A DNA stretch of 64,000 bases, taken from an uncultured delta proteobacterium (GTDB lineage Bacteria > Desulfobacterota > RBG-13-43-22). The notes beneath the pieces are model-generated. The model saw only the letters and a program-made list of their open reading frames with translations, ran no database searches and had not been told where the DNA came from. Shown in pieces: positions 39,168 to 49,135 of this stretch (position 1 is its first letter; every line of letters starts with the position of its first letter). The position numbers and the translations under genes were made by a program. The DNA lies in the NCBI GenBank assembly GCA_963711835.1, contig CAVQFQ010000004.1, forward strand, positions 384,001-448,000, given 5' to 3'.

Positions 39168-39869
39168 ATGGCGAAAAAGAGAGTTCTTCCTTCCTGCGCA
39201 TCCTGTGAGGTGGTCATAAACAAAAAAGTCTGTTATACCCGTGAGGGGATCGGCTCTAAGGGCTGTCCGACCCTGACGGAAAAAAAGACCCTGGACGAAG
39301 CCAATCAGGAATATGAGGATCCCCGGACCCGGGAATTTGCCCGCCAGGCCTCCCTTCAGGAGGCCGCCTGCTATGCCAACCGCCACCAGCGGCCCTATGT
39401 CATGCAGCCGACCAAGACCCGAATCACGGAAATCTGCGAATTCGCCCAACGGATGGGCTACCGACGCCTGGGACTGGCCTTCTGTATCGGCCTGTCCAGG
39501 GAAGCCAGGACCGTTGAAGAGGTCTTCAAGGCCTACGGGTTTGAAGTGGTTTCGGTGCTTTGCAAAGCCGGCCGAACCCCCAAGGAAAAGATCGGAATCA
39601 GGGATGAGGAAAAGATCTACCAGGGTACGGACGAGGCTATGTGCAACCCGATCTATCAGGCCCGGATTCTTAATCAGGCCGAGACGGAATTGAATGTCCT
39701 TTTAGGGCTCTGCGTAGGACACGATTCTCTTTTCTTTAAATATGCCCAAGCCCCGTCAACAGTCCTGGCGGTCAAGGACCGCGTTACCGGGCACAACCCC
39801 CTGGCCGCCATCTATCAAAAAGACAGCTATTACCGAAAAATCACCCATCCTTCGGTCACCAAGGGATAA
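39168..39869 (+). CDS. DUF1847 Cys-rich metal-binding protein
   Basis: TRITEICEFA..GLAFCIGL..MCNPIYQA..GLCVGHDSLF..AVKDRVTGHNPLAA. Confidence 0.88.
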   Translation: MAKKRVLPSCASCEVVINKKVCYTREGIGSKGCPTLTEKKTLDEANQEYEDPRTREFARQASLQEAACYANRHQRPYVMQPTKTRITEICEFAQRMGYRRLGLAFCIGLSREARTVEEVFKAYGFEVVSVLCKAGRTPKEKIGIRDEEKIYQGTDEAMCNPIYQARILNQAETELNVLLGLCVGHDSLFFKYAQAPSTVLAVKDRVTGHNPLAAIYQKDSYYRKITHPSVTKG

Positions 39870-39924
39870 ACCGGGTTTGGATTCGCGGGAGGGGTCGTTG
39901 ATCCGCCTTTCCCTGGCCGGCAAC

Positions 39925-40761
39925 CTACCGAACCTTTGGTTTAAAGGCCTGGACCTTCAAGCTGGCCACGGAATCAAAGCCAGCCTTCAATTGCTCGGGA
40001 GAAAGATTCAATTGCTCCATCACCTCCCGGCCCAGGGGATCATGCTGAAAAAGATCAAACGGCACCGGGGTTTCCTCCAAGACCTCCACCCTTTCAAATC
40101 CGGCGGCCTCGATGGCGGCCAGGTAATCTCCCCGCCTGACGGCCCCGGCCAAACAGGCCACATAGGCGCCCGCGGACTCCGAGACCGCCTGAGGCAAATC
40201 TCTAAGCCAGACCACGTCGGAGATCATGATCCGTCCCCCGGGTTTGAGGACCCGCCAGGCTTCCTGAAAAACCCTTCTTTTATCCGGCGCCAGATTGATT
40301 ACGCAATTGGAAATGATCAGATCCGCCGTATTATCGGCTGCCGGCAGGTTCTCGATTTCCCCAAGCCGGAACTCCACATTGTTAACCTCCCCTTTGCGGG
40401 CATTTTCCCGGGCCTTGGCGACCATCTCCGGAGTCATATCCACCCCGATCACCTTGCCCTGCTCCCCGACCTGCCTGGCGGCCAGAAAACAATCGAAGCC
40501 CGCCCCTGACCCGAGGTCTAAGACCACTTCCCCTTCTCTCAAAGAAGCCAGGGCCAGGGGATTGCCGCAACCCAACCCCAGGTTGGCTCCCTCCGGAACC
40601 GCCTGCAAATCCTCATCGGAGTAGCCCATCCGGCGGCTCAGATCCTCTGCCGTTGTCAGACTGCCGCAGCAGGAAGTATTGGGCAGACAACAGGACCCCC
40701 CCTGCCGGGCTATTTGGGCATACCCTTCCCGAACCACTTTTTTGACTTCCTCTTCCTTCAT
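39925..40761 (-). CDS. arsM: Arsenite S-adenosylmethionine methyltransferase
   Basis: NLGLGCGNP, LDLGSGAGFDC, GVDMTPEM, ISNCVINL, YVACLAGA. Confidence 0.92.
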   Translation of the reverse strand: MKEEEVKKVVREGYAQIARQGGSCCLPNTSCCGSLTTAEDLSRRMGYSDEDLQAVPEGANLGLGCGNPLALASLREGEVVLDLGSGAGFDCFLAARQVGEQGKVIGVDMTPEMVAKARENARKGEVNNVEFRLGEIENLPAADNTADLIISNCVINLAPDKRRVFQEAWRVLKPGGRIMISDVVWLRDLPQAVSESAGAYVACLAGAVRRGDYLAAIEAAGFERVEVLEETPVPFDLFQHDPLGREVMEQLNLSPEQLKAGFDSVASLKVQAFKPKVR

Positions 40762-40831
40762 GCTCACCCCTCCTTTTTGTCTTTTGGTAACGTTCAACAG
40801 TTATGGCAATGGCGTATTATTGCCTGACTGG

Positions 40832-41045
40832 GGGACCGGGGGTCTCGATTTCAAGGTTGTCCGAAAGGGTATCCGCAGCCCCCAACCCGGCCCGAATTTC
40901 TAAGTTGGTTGGGAGCCGGGCATTCACCTAAGACGATAAATCGCTTTGGTGTTGGCCTGTTTCTAAATCCACTTATAACTTCCTGCCCGGGGTCAGGGTG
41001 CCGGCGTTTTGGCGGACAATCCTTGAAATCGAAACCCCCGATCCC
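40832..41045. mobile_element. ~215 bp element with long terminal inverted repeats (copy 1)
   Basis: ~32 bp imperfect terminal IR; homologous in inverted orientation to 58011-58228. Confidence 0.75.
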
Positions 41046-41094
41046 TTTGGGTATCAGAAATAGTATGCCTCAACTTTTGAACGTTACTTTTCTT

Positions 41095-41367
41095 TTAGTT
41101 CTTCTCTTTAAACTCCCGCACCATGGGCCCCAGGATATCCTTGGCCATCTCGGACAGCTCGTCGGCTTTGAGGAGAAACAGGCAGCAGACCTTGCCGTCT
41201 TTCTCCCAGCTCATCACCGCCAGCTTGTCGCCGGGTCGGATCTGGGCTTTTTCCCGGATCTCTTTGGGCAGGACCATCTGGCCCCGGTCATCGACACTGA
41301 CCAGGGATTCCATCCGGTAGCGGCCGGCCGTAGGGCTGCAACAGGGCTCCTTGCTTTTTCCAGCCAC
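41095..41367 (-). CDS. AbrB-family protein, HgcAB-associated HgcC-like
   Basis: CC..MESLVSVDDRGQMVLPKEIREKAQIRPGDKLAV..KVCCLFLLKA; GTG start with GGAGG RBS. Confidence 0.75.
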   Translation of the reverse strand: MAGKSKEPCCSPTAGRYRMESLVSVDDRGQMVLPKEIREKAQIRPGDKLAVMSWEKDGKVCCLFLLKADELSEMAKDILGPMVREFKEKN

Positions 41368-41404
41368 CGTATCACCTCCACTCTTTTATCAGAAAAATAT
41401 AATT

Positions 41405-41422
41405 AATCAGATTATTCTGATT
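41405..41422. promoter_or_regulatory. Palindromic operator upstream of the AbrB/HgcC-like gene
   Basis: AATCAGA-TTAT-TCTGATT, plus an extra ATCAGA half-site at ~41388. Confidence 0.5.
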
Positions 41423-41592
41423 TATCTGTATATGTAAAACAGAGAAGAGGGTTTGTCAATAGGTTTTTACTTAAGTGTCTCCACCCGGAAATCACAGATT
41501 TTCGGATAAGCACAAATTAAATCTTTTCTTTTTTTTAGGAGTATTATAGGAATTAAAGTTGTCTCCAAAGAATCCCCCTGGGAGGAAAGATT

Positions 41593-42933
41593 ATGCCGTC
41601 ACCCCAATTGCCTCCTTACGACCATCAGCCGAAACCTTATTCCGGTCCATCCCCGGAAGAGGTCTTGGCCCTCCGGAAGCAGGTTCTCAACCCAGGGCTG
41701 CTCACCTATTATCAGCAGCCGCTCATGATCGTCGAAGGATCCATGCAGTATGTTTATGATGAAAAGGGGCGCCGTTATCTGGATGCCTTTGCCGGGGTGG
41801 TCTCCATCAGCGTCGGCCATGGCCATCCTTATGTTCTACAGAAGGCCCGGGAGCAACTCGAACTCCTGCCTTACTTGCCCACTCTTTATCTGCACCCCCG
41901 GATATCCGAATATGGCCGGATGCTGGCCGAAAAGATGCCCGGGGATTTGAAGGTCTGCCACTTTGTCAATTCCGGATCGGAAGCCAACGAGTTGGCTTTG
42001 CTGATGGCCCGCCTTTACACCGGCAACTACGAGATTATCGCCTTGCGTAATGCCTACCACGGCAACAGCGCCTCGACCATGGGGCTGACGGCCCACAGCA
42101 CCTGGAAATATAACACACCCCATAGCTTTGGAGTCCATCACGCCCAGGCGCCCTACCCCTACCGGGGCCTCTGGGGCCAAGAAGATCCCGAGGCCGGGGC
42201 CAATTATGCCGCGGACATCAAGAGCCTGATCGACTATGCCACCCCGGGCCGGGTGGCGGGCTTTTTTGCCGAGTCTATTCAAGGCGTCGGCGGGGCCGTG
42301 GTTTATCCCGACGGCTACCTGGAACGAGCCTATGCCCATGTCCGCCAGGCTGGGGGGCTGTGTATTGCTGATGAGGTTCAAACCGGTTTCGGGCGCACCG
42401 GGACCCATTTCTGGGGATTTGAAACCCAAGGGGTCCTGCCGGATATCGTCACCATGGCTAAAGGCATCGGCAACGGCATCCCTTTGGCCGCGGTCGTTAC
42501 CAGGCCGGAAATCGCCCGGGTTCTGGCCGAGCGGATCCACTTCAATACCTTCGGGGGAAACCCGTTCTGCTGCGCCATAGGGAAAGCCGTCCTGGAAGTG
42601 ATCGAGCGGGAAGGTCTTCAGCGAAACTGCCTGGAACAGGGTGACTATCTGTTGGATGGCTTAAAAAAACTGGCCTCCAGGCACAGCCTGATCGGGGAGG
42701 TGCGCGGTAAAGGATTAATGATCGGGGTGGAGCTGGTACGGGATTTAAAGACCAAAGAACCGGCCTCGGAGGCATGTGCCCGGGTCTTTGAGAGGGTTAA
42801 GGAATTGGGGGTGCTGATTGGAAAAGGAGGCTTCTTCGGGAATGTCCTTCGTATCAAGCCCCCCATGTGCCTGACTCGGCCGGATGTGGATTTTCTGATT
42901 GAAGTTCTGGATCTGGCCCTGAAGGAAGTTTAG
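41593..42933 (+). CDS. Class III PLP aminotransferase (AGXT2-like)
   Basis: [41 protein letters not shown]. Confidence 0.9.
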   Translation: MPSPQLPPYDHQPKPYSGPSPEEVLALRKQVLNPGLLTYYQQPLMIVEGSMQYVYDEKGRRYLDAFAGVVSISVGHGHPYVLQKAREQLELLPYLPTLYLHPRISEYGRMLAEKMPGDLKVCHFVNSGSEANELALLMARLYTGNYEIIALRNAYHGNSASTMGLTAHSTWKYNTPHSFGVHHAQAPYPYRGLWGQEDPEAGANYAADIKSLIDYATPGRVAGFFAESIQGVGGAVVYPDGYLERAYAHVRQAGGLCIADEVQTGFGRTGTHFWGFETQGVLPDIVTMAKGIGNGIPLAAVVTRPEIARVLAERIHFNTFGGNPFCCAIGKAVLEVIEREGLQRNCLEQGDYLLDGLKKLASRHSLIGEVRGKGLMIGVELVRDLKTKEPASEACARVFERVKELGVLIGKGGFFGNVLRIKPPMCLTRPDVDFLIEVLDLALKEV

Positions 42934-42968
42934 GCCAGATCCTCACAAGTTATAATCGGCGACGTGTT

Positions 42969-43304
42969 TTAGTACCTCCGGCCGCCTCCTCCGCCGCCGC
43001 TTCGACCGCCCCCGCCGCTGCGGCCGCCACCGAAGCCTCTTCCCCCTCCCGATTCTTTTCGGGGTTTGGCTTCGTTGACAATCAGTTTTTTGCCGTAAAG
43101 TTCTCCATTGTTGAACGATTTAATGACCTCGGCCGCTTCCTCCTCCGTATCCATTTCCACAAAACCGAAACCCCGGGAAAGGCCGGTATAGCGATCCCGG
43201 ACGATCTGGACCGAAACCACCTTTCCGAGTTGCTCGAAATTATGACGCAGATCATCTTCGGTTGCTTCCTGGGCCAAATTGCCGATGTAAATTTTTTTCT
43301 CCAT
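42969..43304 (-). CDS. RRM RNA-binding protein with Gly-rich tail
   Basis: KIYIGNL (RNP2), RGFGFVEM (RNP1). Confidence 0.95.
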   Translation of the reverse strand: MEKKIYIGNLAQEATEDDLRHNFEQLGKVVSVQIVRDRYTGLSRGFGFVEMDTEEEAAEVIKSFNNGELYGKKLIVNEAKPRKESGGGRGFGGGRSGGGGRSGGGGGGRRY

Positions 43305-43338
43305 GCTGGGTCTCCTCCTTCAGATAAGGGTTACTGCC

Positions 43339-43384
43339 TAAAAAAATAACCCGCCTTGATTTTAGTAGTCCCGGCGGGTTATTC
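43339..43384 (-). terminator. Intrinsic terminator-like hairpin in the RRM gene leader
   Basis: AATAACCCGCC..GGCGGGTTATT followed by a T-run on the minus strand. Confidence 0.6.
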
Positions 43385-43460
43385 TCAACGGTTTGAACTT
43401 ACTAAAATTATTTGTCTTGAGTGGGTGTCCTGAACTCAAACATCACATTCGATTAGGCGT

Positions 43461-43489
43461 ATTATAATCGAAAAGCACCCTTTGGTCAA
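43461..43489 (-). promoter_or_regulatory. Sigma-70 promoter for the RRM gene
   Basis: TTGACC-17 nt-TATAAT on minus strand. Confidence 0.7.
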
Positions 43490-43638
43490 GGAAAAAGGTG
43501 GGATCCTTTCCGACGCTGAAATTCACTATCCGAAAAGAAAATTATCCCCCTATCGGCCAAGACCGTGCCCGGCAGTTTCCGGGCGGTCGAGGGTCCTGGG
43601 ATGCTTTCACCGTCTTGTCGGCCGATAAGAATAATTTT

Positions 43639-43956
43639 TCATATCGGAGGGGCGATGGTCACCAGAAGCCTGAGGTCGGTATCGGCGGCCAGCCCATGGG
43701 GTTCGCTGATGTCGCAGACCAAAACGTCCCCTTTCCGGGCCGGTATCTCGCTGTTGTCTTTGCCCAAAAACTTTCCTGAGCCTTCCAGGACCACCAGGCA
43801 CACCTGTCCCTCGATGTCGTGGGCGTGGACCGGTAAAAGCTGTCCGGCCTTAAAGTTGAAATTGAGGATTTTGAAGTAAGGTGAGTCATGGACCAAAAGC
43901 CTCTTGAAGGACAGGTCGGCGAAATCATTGGCTTCATAGAGATTGACCTTTTTCAT
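43639..43956 (-). CDS. Cupin-domain protein
   Basis: LPVHAHDIEG..VLEGSG..GD....EPHG..LLVTIAPPI. Confidence 0.85.
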   Translation of the reverse strand: MKKVNLYEANDFADLSFKRLLVHDSPYFKILNFNFKAGQLLPVHAHDIEGQVCLVVLEGSGKFLGKDNSEIPARKGDVLVCDISEPHGLAADTDLRLLVTIAPPI

Positions 43957-44158
43957 CTTTCCTCCTTTTTCATTCTCTTAACCTTTTTCCCCCTTAAATA
44001 TAAAGTTTTTCTTCCCTTACATCCATATTAAAATGACTAGGATGCCGGTATTATGGTCAAACAAACTGGCATCTAAGTTATGCTAACCAATTAATTATTA
44101 TATTAAATTAAGATTATCCCTTCTCACTTTCGGAAGGTAATGTAATTCTGAAAATTTT

Positions 44159-45706
44159 TTAATCGGTGATAACTAAGGGAAGATATATCTTATGACTTGA
44201 ATTATTAGCTGTCTTAAAAATCCCAGTAATATAGAGGTCTCTGTTCATGGTCAGGGTGCAGGAAGGATTGGTTCCGCTGCAGGCGTCCCTAACCACCCGG
44301 CAAATTCCGATCCGGAATTGGGTGTAGCCGTCAGGGTCACAACCGTCCCGGCACTAAATCTGTCTCCGGGAGGGTTCTTTACTATGGTACCGCGCCCCGA
44401 ACCAACTTTGAAAACTTGGAGAGAATAATTGATATTGGTGAGAGTTAAGAAGGAAGCGTTGATGTTGTGGTTAGCTGTGACGTTACTGAAGGTATAACTT
44501 GTCACCGCCCCAACCGAGGTCCCATCCGCGGTAACAGCGGCCACCCGATAGCCCGCGGCCGGGGTAATAGTGAAGGTTCGGCTGGCGCCATAATTGACCG
44601 TGGTGGTGCCGGCAGGGGAGATAGAGCCGTTGGCCCCGGCCGTTGCCGTGATCGTATAGGCCTTTAGATTGAAACCGGCTGTTTTCGTGGTATTGCTGTT
44701 CATGGTCACGGTGCAGGTGAGGCTGGACCCGCACCCCCCGGACCAGCCGCTAAAAACCGAACTGGCGTCGGCTGTCGCCGTCAGAGTCACCAACGTTCCT
44801 GGGTTGAAAGAAGATCCTGTCGGACTGTTGGTGACAGAGCCGGTTCCAGTCCCATTTTTCAAAACCGTCAACGTATAGGTAGTGCCAATAGCAAAAGTCG
44901 CGGAAATCGTATGATTAGCCGTAACATTACTGAAGGTGTAACTTGTCACCGCCCCTACCGAGGTCCCATCTACGGTAACCGCGGCCACCCGATAGCCCGC
45001 GGCCGGGGTAATAGTAAAGGTTCGGCTGGCGCCATGAATTGACCGTGGTAGTGCCGGCAGGGGAGATAGAGCCGTTGGCCCCGGCCGTGGCCGTGATCGT
45101 ATAGGTCTTTAGGTTGAAAGCGGCTGTTATCCGTGGTATTGCTGTTCATGGTCACGGTGCAGGTGGGGCTGGTCCCGCTGCAGCCCCCGGACCAGCCGCT
45201 AAAAACCGAACTGGCATCGGCTGTCGCCGTCAGGGTCACCGCACGCCCCCAATGCATAGGCCTCGGAACAGTCTGTCCCGCAACCAATGCCTGTTGCTGA
45301 AACGGTCCCGGTCCCATTCCCCTGCTTGGTCACCGTCAGGGTCAGCTGTTTGAACCGATGAAGAATAGCTTACCTCGTTGGAATAGCCGCTGCTCGCGCC
45401 TTGGGTATTTTCGGCAGTCAAGGCAAAGTAGTAAGTTGTTCCAGCATTCAAGTTAGTGAGGGTATAAATGAGGTTCAAACCCACATCGATATGTTGCGAG
45501 TAGGTCATGGATGCTGTTCCGTAATGAAGCCTATATCTTGCCAAATTTGATTCGGTATTGGGGTCCCAGGCCAGGGTGACCTGGGCCGAAAAACTGATTG
45601 ATGGAAGAATAAAGAGGAAGAATAAGACCAGGGTGGGAAGACAAAACCTTGAGAGGAGGGATAGGAATCCCTTCACCCGGTTTCTTTGGGAATCTATAAA
45701 AGCCAT
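44159..45706 (-). pseudogene. Secreted FN3 plus InlB B-repeat protein, frameshifted
   Basis: Signal peptide; VTLAWDPN..YFALTA..SNEV; repeated VTLTATAD..FSGWSGGC; indels near 45330, 45030 and 44290; corrected C-terminus ends KIYLPLVITD*. Confidence 0.75.
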
Positions 45707-46101
45707 TTTATATATCCATCACTTTAACCTTTATTAGGATTAGCGAATTACTGAGTGACTTCCTCAAATGGATTTATTATTTTCTTGGTTGATTAACTAA
45801 AAAACCCGATGCATTTTTTGTTCCACCAGCCTTTCATTGTTAAATACGATTAAATATCGTCTGCTTATCTTTTAGGAAGAAAACTTCAAATCCACTTTGA
45901 TGCAGGAAAATCCAGACGAAATTATTTTAAAAGGGGAACGAATTAAGCGGTTAGATTTGGGCTGGTTTTTAACTTACTATTATAAAAGCGTTTTTTCGCG
46001 GCTGCCAAATGAAGGGTTTCCCACACACCCCACTTGGAATAATTTGACGGAAGAGGAAGTGACATTATTGCCCTGTTAGAGTCGGGGACAAACCAATTTG
46101 G

Positions 46102-46428
46102 CATATCGGAGGGGCGATGGTCACCAGAAGCCTGAGGTCGGTATCGGCTGCCAGACCATGGGTTCGCTGATGTCGCAGACCGGAACGTCACGTTTCCGGG
46201 CCGGCATCTCGCTGTTGTCTACCTAAAAACTTTCCGGAGCCTTCCAGGACCGACCAGGCAGTTTACCGTGTCCCTCGACTGTCGTGGGCAGTGGACCGGC
46301 GGGATAATGCTGGCTCCGGCCTTGAAGTTGAAATTCAGGATCTTGAGGTCAGGCGAATCGTGGACCAAGAGCCTCTTGAAGGACAGGTCGGCGAAATCAT
46401 CGGCTTCATAAAGATTGACCTTTTTCAT
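46102..46428 (-). pseudogene. Degenerate duplicate of the cupin gene
   Basis: Aligns to 43640-43956 and its RBS with many indels; stop codon altered. Confidence 0.85.
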
Positions 46429-46688
46429 TTTTCCTCCTTTGCGGGCGTTTCCTGAAATCCCTTCGCCGGCCGTCAGGGTTTATCCGGAAACCTTCCCCGA
46501 CCCTATCCGGCAGCTTCTCCGTCCATTCTTTCGGAATGTATAAATGAATTTCGCTTTTTTTATTTTGACAACCATAGCATAGGTGTCGTATTTTTTTTAA
46601 TATAAAAATACTGGTTCATTAAACGCTTTCCCCTGGCTGGCACCAAACGCCGATTTCAGTCTTTCGTCCACGACGATAAGCGGTCACC

Positions 46689-47309
46689 ATGGACCTATCC
46701 ACCTTGCTCTATTTTCTCGGCGCATCGATCGCCCTTACCTTAGCTCCCGGTCCTGACAACCTCTTTGTCATTACGCAGGGAATTACCCGGGGAAGGAAGC
46801 CGGCCATCATTACCGCCATTGGGATGTGCAGCGGGATCAGTATCCATACCACGGCAGCGGCTTTCGGAATCTCGGCGGTATTCTATTCCTCGGCCGTTGC
46901 CTTCAAGGCCGTCAAGTACGCCGGAGCAGCCTACCTGCTGATCCTGGCCTATAAAACGCTGAAGCAACGCTCCGCCATAAAACTCGCGATCGCTGATGAT
47001 CGGACTGCTGTCGCCTTGTTTAAGCGGGGATTTATTATGAATGTCCTCAATCCGAAGGTGGCCATGTTCTTTCTGGCTTTTCTGCCGCAGTTCGTGACCT
47101 CCCAGACCCGCTATTTCCCCCTCCAGCTGCTGCTGCTGGGATTCATCTTCATGGTGCAGGGCGTAATCATTTTTTCTCTGATCGGCTATTTCTCGGGCAG
47201 TATCGGCAAGTTCATCCTGGCCCGGCCAAAGATCGCGAAGGTTTGTGACTGGTTGACAGCCGGGATCCTGGCTTCCTTAGGCGTCAAATTGGCCCTGGCT
47301 GAACGATGA
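46689..47309 (+). CDS. LysE/RhtB family exporter
   Basis: APGPDN, KYAGAAYL, NVLNPKVAMFFLAFLPQF. Confidence 0.92.
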   Translation: MDLSTLLYFLGASIALTLAPGPDNLFVITQGITRGRKPAIITAIGMCSGISIHTTAAAFGISAVFYSSAVAFKAVKYAGAAYLLILAYKTLKQRSAIKLAIADDRTAVALFKRGFIMNVLNPKVAMFFLAFLPQFVTSQTRYFPLQLLLLGFIFMVQGVIIFSLIGYFSGSIGKFILARPKIAKVCDWLTAGILASLGVKLALAER

Positions 47310-47390
47310 TCCTGGATCAGGGAACCCGGATGCTGCACCGGTCCGAACATGTTCCCTCTTAAATTTTTATTGATCCAAGATAAAATTCGG

Positions 47391-47419
47391 TTGACACTTT
47401 TTTAAAATTTATATAACAT
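47391..47419 (+). promoter_or_regulatory. Sigma-70-type promoter
   Basis: TTGACA-17 nt-TAACAT. Confidence 0.55.
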
Positions 47420-47458
47420 CTTAATAATTCAATGAAATTTAAAGGACGGGAAGAAGCT

Positions 47459-47857
47459 ATGGAAGTTAAGGATGTTAAGGCCTTGTTTACCGATGAAACG
47501 CTCAAAATGATTTTTCCAGCTCAAAAGGCGGACCAGTTTTTTGAGGCCTTATATGGGGATGTGGAGGAAGGGGCTTATGACATCAGGTTGAAGTTTAAAG
47601 ACCATGATCCGGCTCGAAAGAATCTCACTTTTTTAATTGAACTTATTGAAAGAAAAGGGAAATGTCTTGTTTGCAACCTGACTTACGGCCTGCCGGAAGT
47701 CTTTTCGCGGCACCCTGTTATTAATATAAATGGGATCGTCAGGGAGATTGAAAAGCTGTTAGGAAAGACGGCCGAAGGGAGCCGTTGGTCTTTGGGGAAG
47801 ACCCTGCCGGTTTCCAATACGCTTCATGCCATCCCCCTGATTATCTCCCTTAAATGA
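47459..47857 (+). CDS. Conserved hypothetical protein with CxxC
   Basis: ADQFFEALYGDVEEGAYDI..KCLVCNLTYGLPEVFSRHPVINI. Confidence 0.75.
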   Translation: MEVKDVKALFTDETLKMIFPAQKADQFFEALYGDVEEGAYDIRLKFKDHDPARKNLTFLIELIERKGKCLVCNLTYGLPEVFSRHPVININGIVREIEKLLGKTAEGSRWSLGKTLPVSNTLHAIPLIISLK

Positions 47858-47904
47858 TCTGTAACAGTGTCCGACAAGTCAGGAGGGTCTCGCCGGAATC
47901 CTAA

Positions 47905-48648
47905 ATGATCGAAAACGAATATGAAAAGATGTATCGGCTGGAGGACACGCATTGGTGGTTCCGGGCCAAAAGAAATTATGTAAAGACCGTCCTGGATCTG
48001 TTCCTGAAAAAGAAACACCTGAGAATATTGGATCTGGGTTGCGGCACGGGCCGGATGGTGGACTTGTTGCAGGAATATGGTGCGGTTTTCGGATTGGACT
48101 TTCACCAAGGGGCCTGCCATTTTGCCCGCCGTCGAAAAGAGTTCCCCCTGGTCCGGGGAGATGCCAACCGCCTTCCCTTTAAAAAGAACTCGTTTGATCT
48201 TATCAGCGCTTTTGATTTATTATACCACCAGGGAATAGGAAACGACCAATACGTCCTGGAACAGGCCTATGATTTGTTGACCCAGGGAGGCACCCTCATC
48301 ATTACCGATTCGGCCTTCGAATTCTTGAAAAGCCGGCACGATCTGGCCGTCATGGCCCGTCACCGCTATACCCTGAGAGAGCTTACCGATAAACTTCAGG
48401 GCCAGGGGTTTACCATTATAAAAAAAACCTATCTCTACTTTGTACTTTTTCCGTTGGTGGCGGTTTCCAGACTGGCGAACAAAATAATATTAGCCCTTAG
48501 CCAGCCCGAAATCCGTTCCGATCTAAAAGAAACTCCCAATTCAATCAATGGGTTACTGGTTAGGCTGTTATCCTGGGAAGGGAGGCTGTTGAAATATTTA
48601 AGCTTTCCTATGGGTTCCTCTCTTTTAATCTTGGCCAAAAGGAATTAA
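47905..48648 (+). CDS. Class I SAM-dependent methyltransferase
   Basis: EDTHWWF, ILDLGCGTG, LPFKKNSFD, HRYT. Confidence 0.85.
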   Translation: MIENEYEKMYRLEDTHWWFRAKRNYVKTVLDLFLKKKHLRILDLGCGTGRMVDLLQEYGAVFGLDFHQGACHFARRRKEFPLVRGDANRLPFKKNSFDLISAFDLLYHQGIGNDQYVLEQAYDLLTQGGTLIITDSAFEFLKSRHDLAVMARHRYTLRELTDKLQGQGFTIIKKTYLYFVLFPLVAVSRLANKIILALSQPEIRSDLKETPNSINGLLVRLLSWEGRLLKYLSFPMGSSLLILAKRN

Positions 48649-48651
48649 ATC

Positions 48652-49017
48652 GTGGCCCATCTCCTTTTAATCTTCATATCCGTTATACTGACCGCGGCCG
48701 GCCAGTTATGTTTCCGGAAAGGCATGGCCGGGATTCAGGCCGCCCAGGAAAAAGCAGCCCTCGGTAAACTGATTCTCTCCGGTTTATTGAACGGATACGT
48801 GCTCACCGGTTTTATCTTCTTTGGAGCCGGTGCTTTGCTCTGGCTGGGAGTTCTGGCCAAAGAGGAAGTCAGCTACGCTTATCCCCTCTCCAGCCTCGGT
48901 TACCTAATCGTCCTTCTGGGGTCCTCACTCTTATTCCAGGAACAGGTCACCCTGCCCAGAATATTGGGCGTCCTCTTCATCCTGATCGGGGTCTTTTTGG
49001 TTGAAATCAGCCGCTGA
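48652..49017 (+). CDS. EamA/ArnE-ArnF-like small membrane transporter
   Basis: AGQLCFRKG, VSYAYPLSSLGY, LFQEQVT; four TM segments. Confidence 0.8.
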   Translation: MAHLLLIFISVILTAAGQLCFRKGMAGIQAAQEKAALGKLILSGLLNGYVLTGFIFFGAGALLWLGVLAKEEVSYAYPLSSLGYLIVLLGSSLLFQEQVTLPRILGVLFILIGVFLVEISR

Positions 49018-49090
49018 ATAACAGCCCTTCGGGCCGGCCATCGGTCTCTTTTTGAGCCCAGCCTCCCGGGCCTGGTCTCTCCCGGGGAAA

Positions 49091-49116
49091 ATATTGATTG
49101 ACAAATCAATCAATAT
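49091..49116. promoter_or_regulatory. TetR operator overlapping a -35 box
   Basis: Perfect 11 bp IR ATATTGATTGA-CAAA-TCAATCAATAT containing TTGACA. Confidence 0.75.
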
Positions 49117-49135
49117 CTGCTAACAGCCTATCCAT

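Noticed and set aside
40832-41045. 6S RNA call for the long hairpin
   Set aside because: Size and closing stem fit loosely, but there are two dispersed copies, no zapA/ygfA-type context and no recognisable central bubble. Left as an unknown element.
44067-44084. TGGCA...TGC as a sigma-54 promoter
   Set aside because: GG to GC spacing is 2 nt too long and no + strand gene follows.
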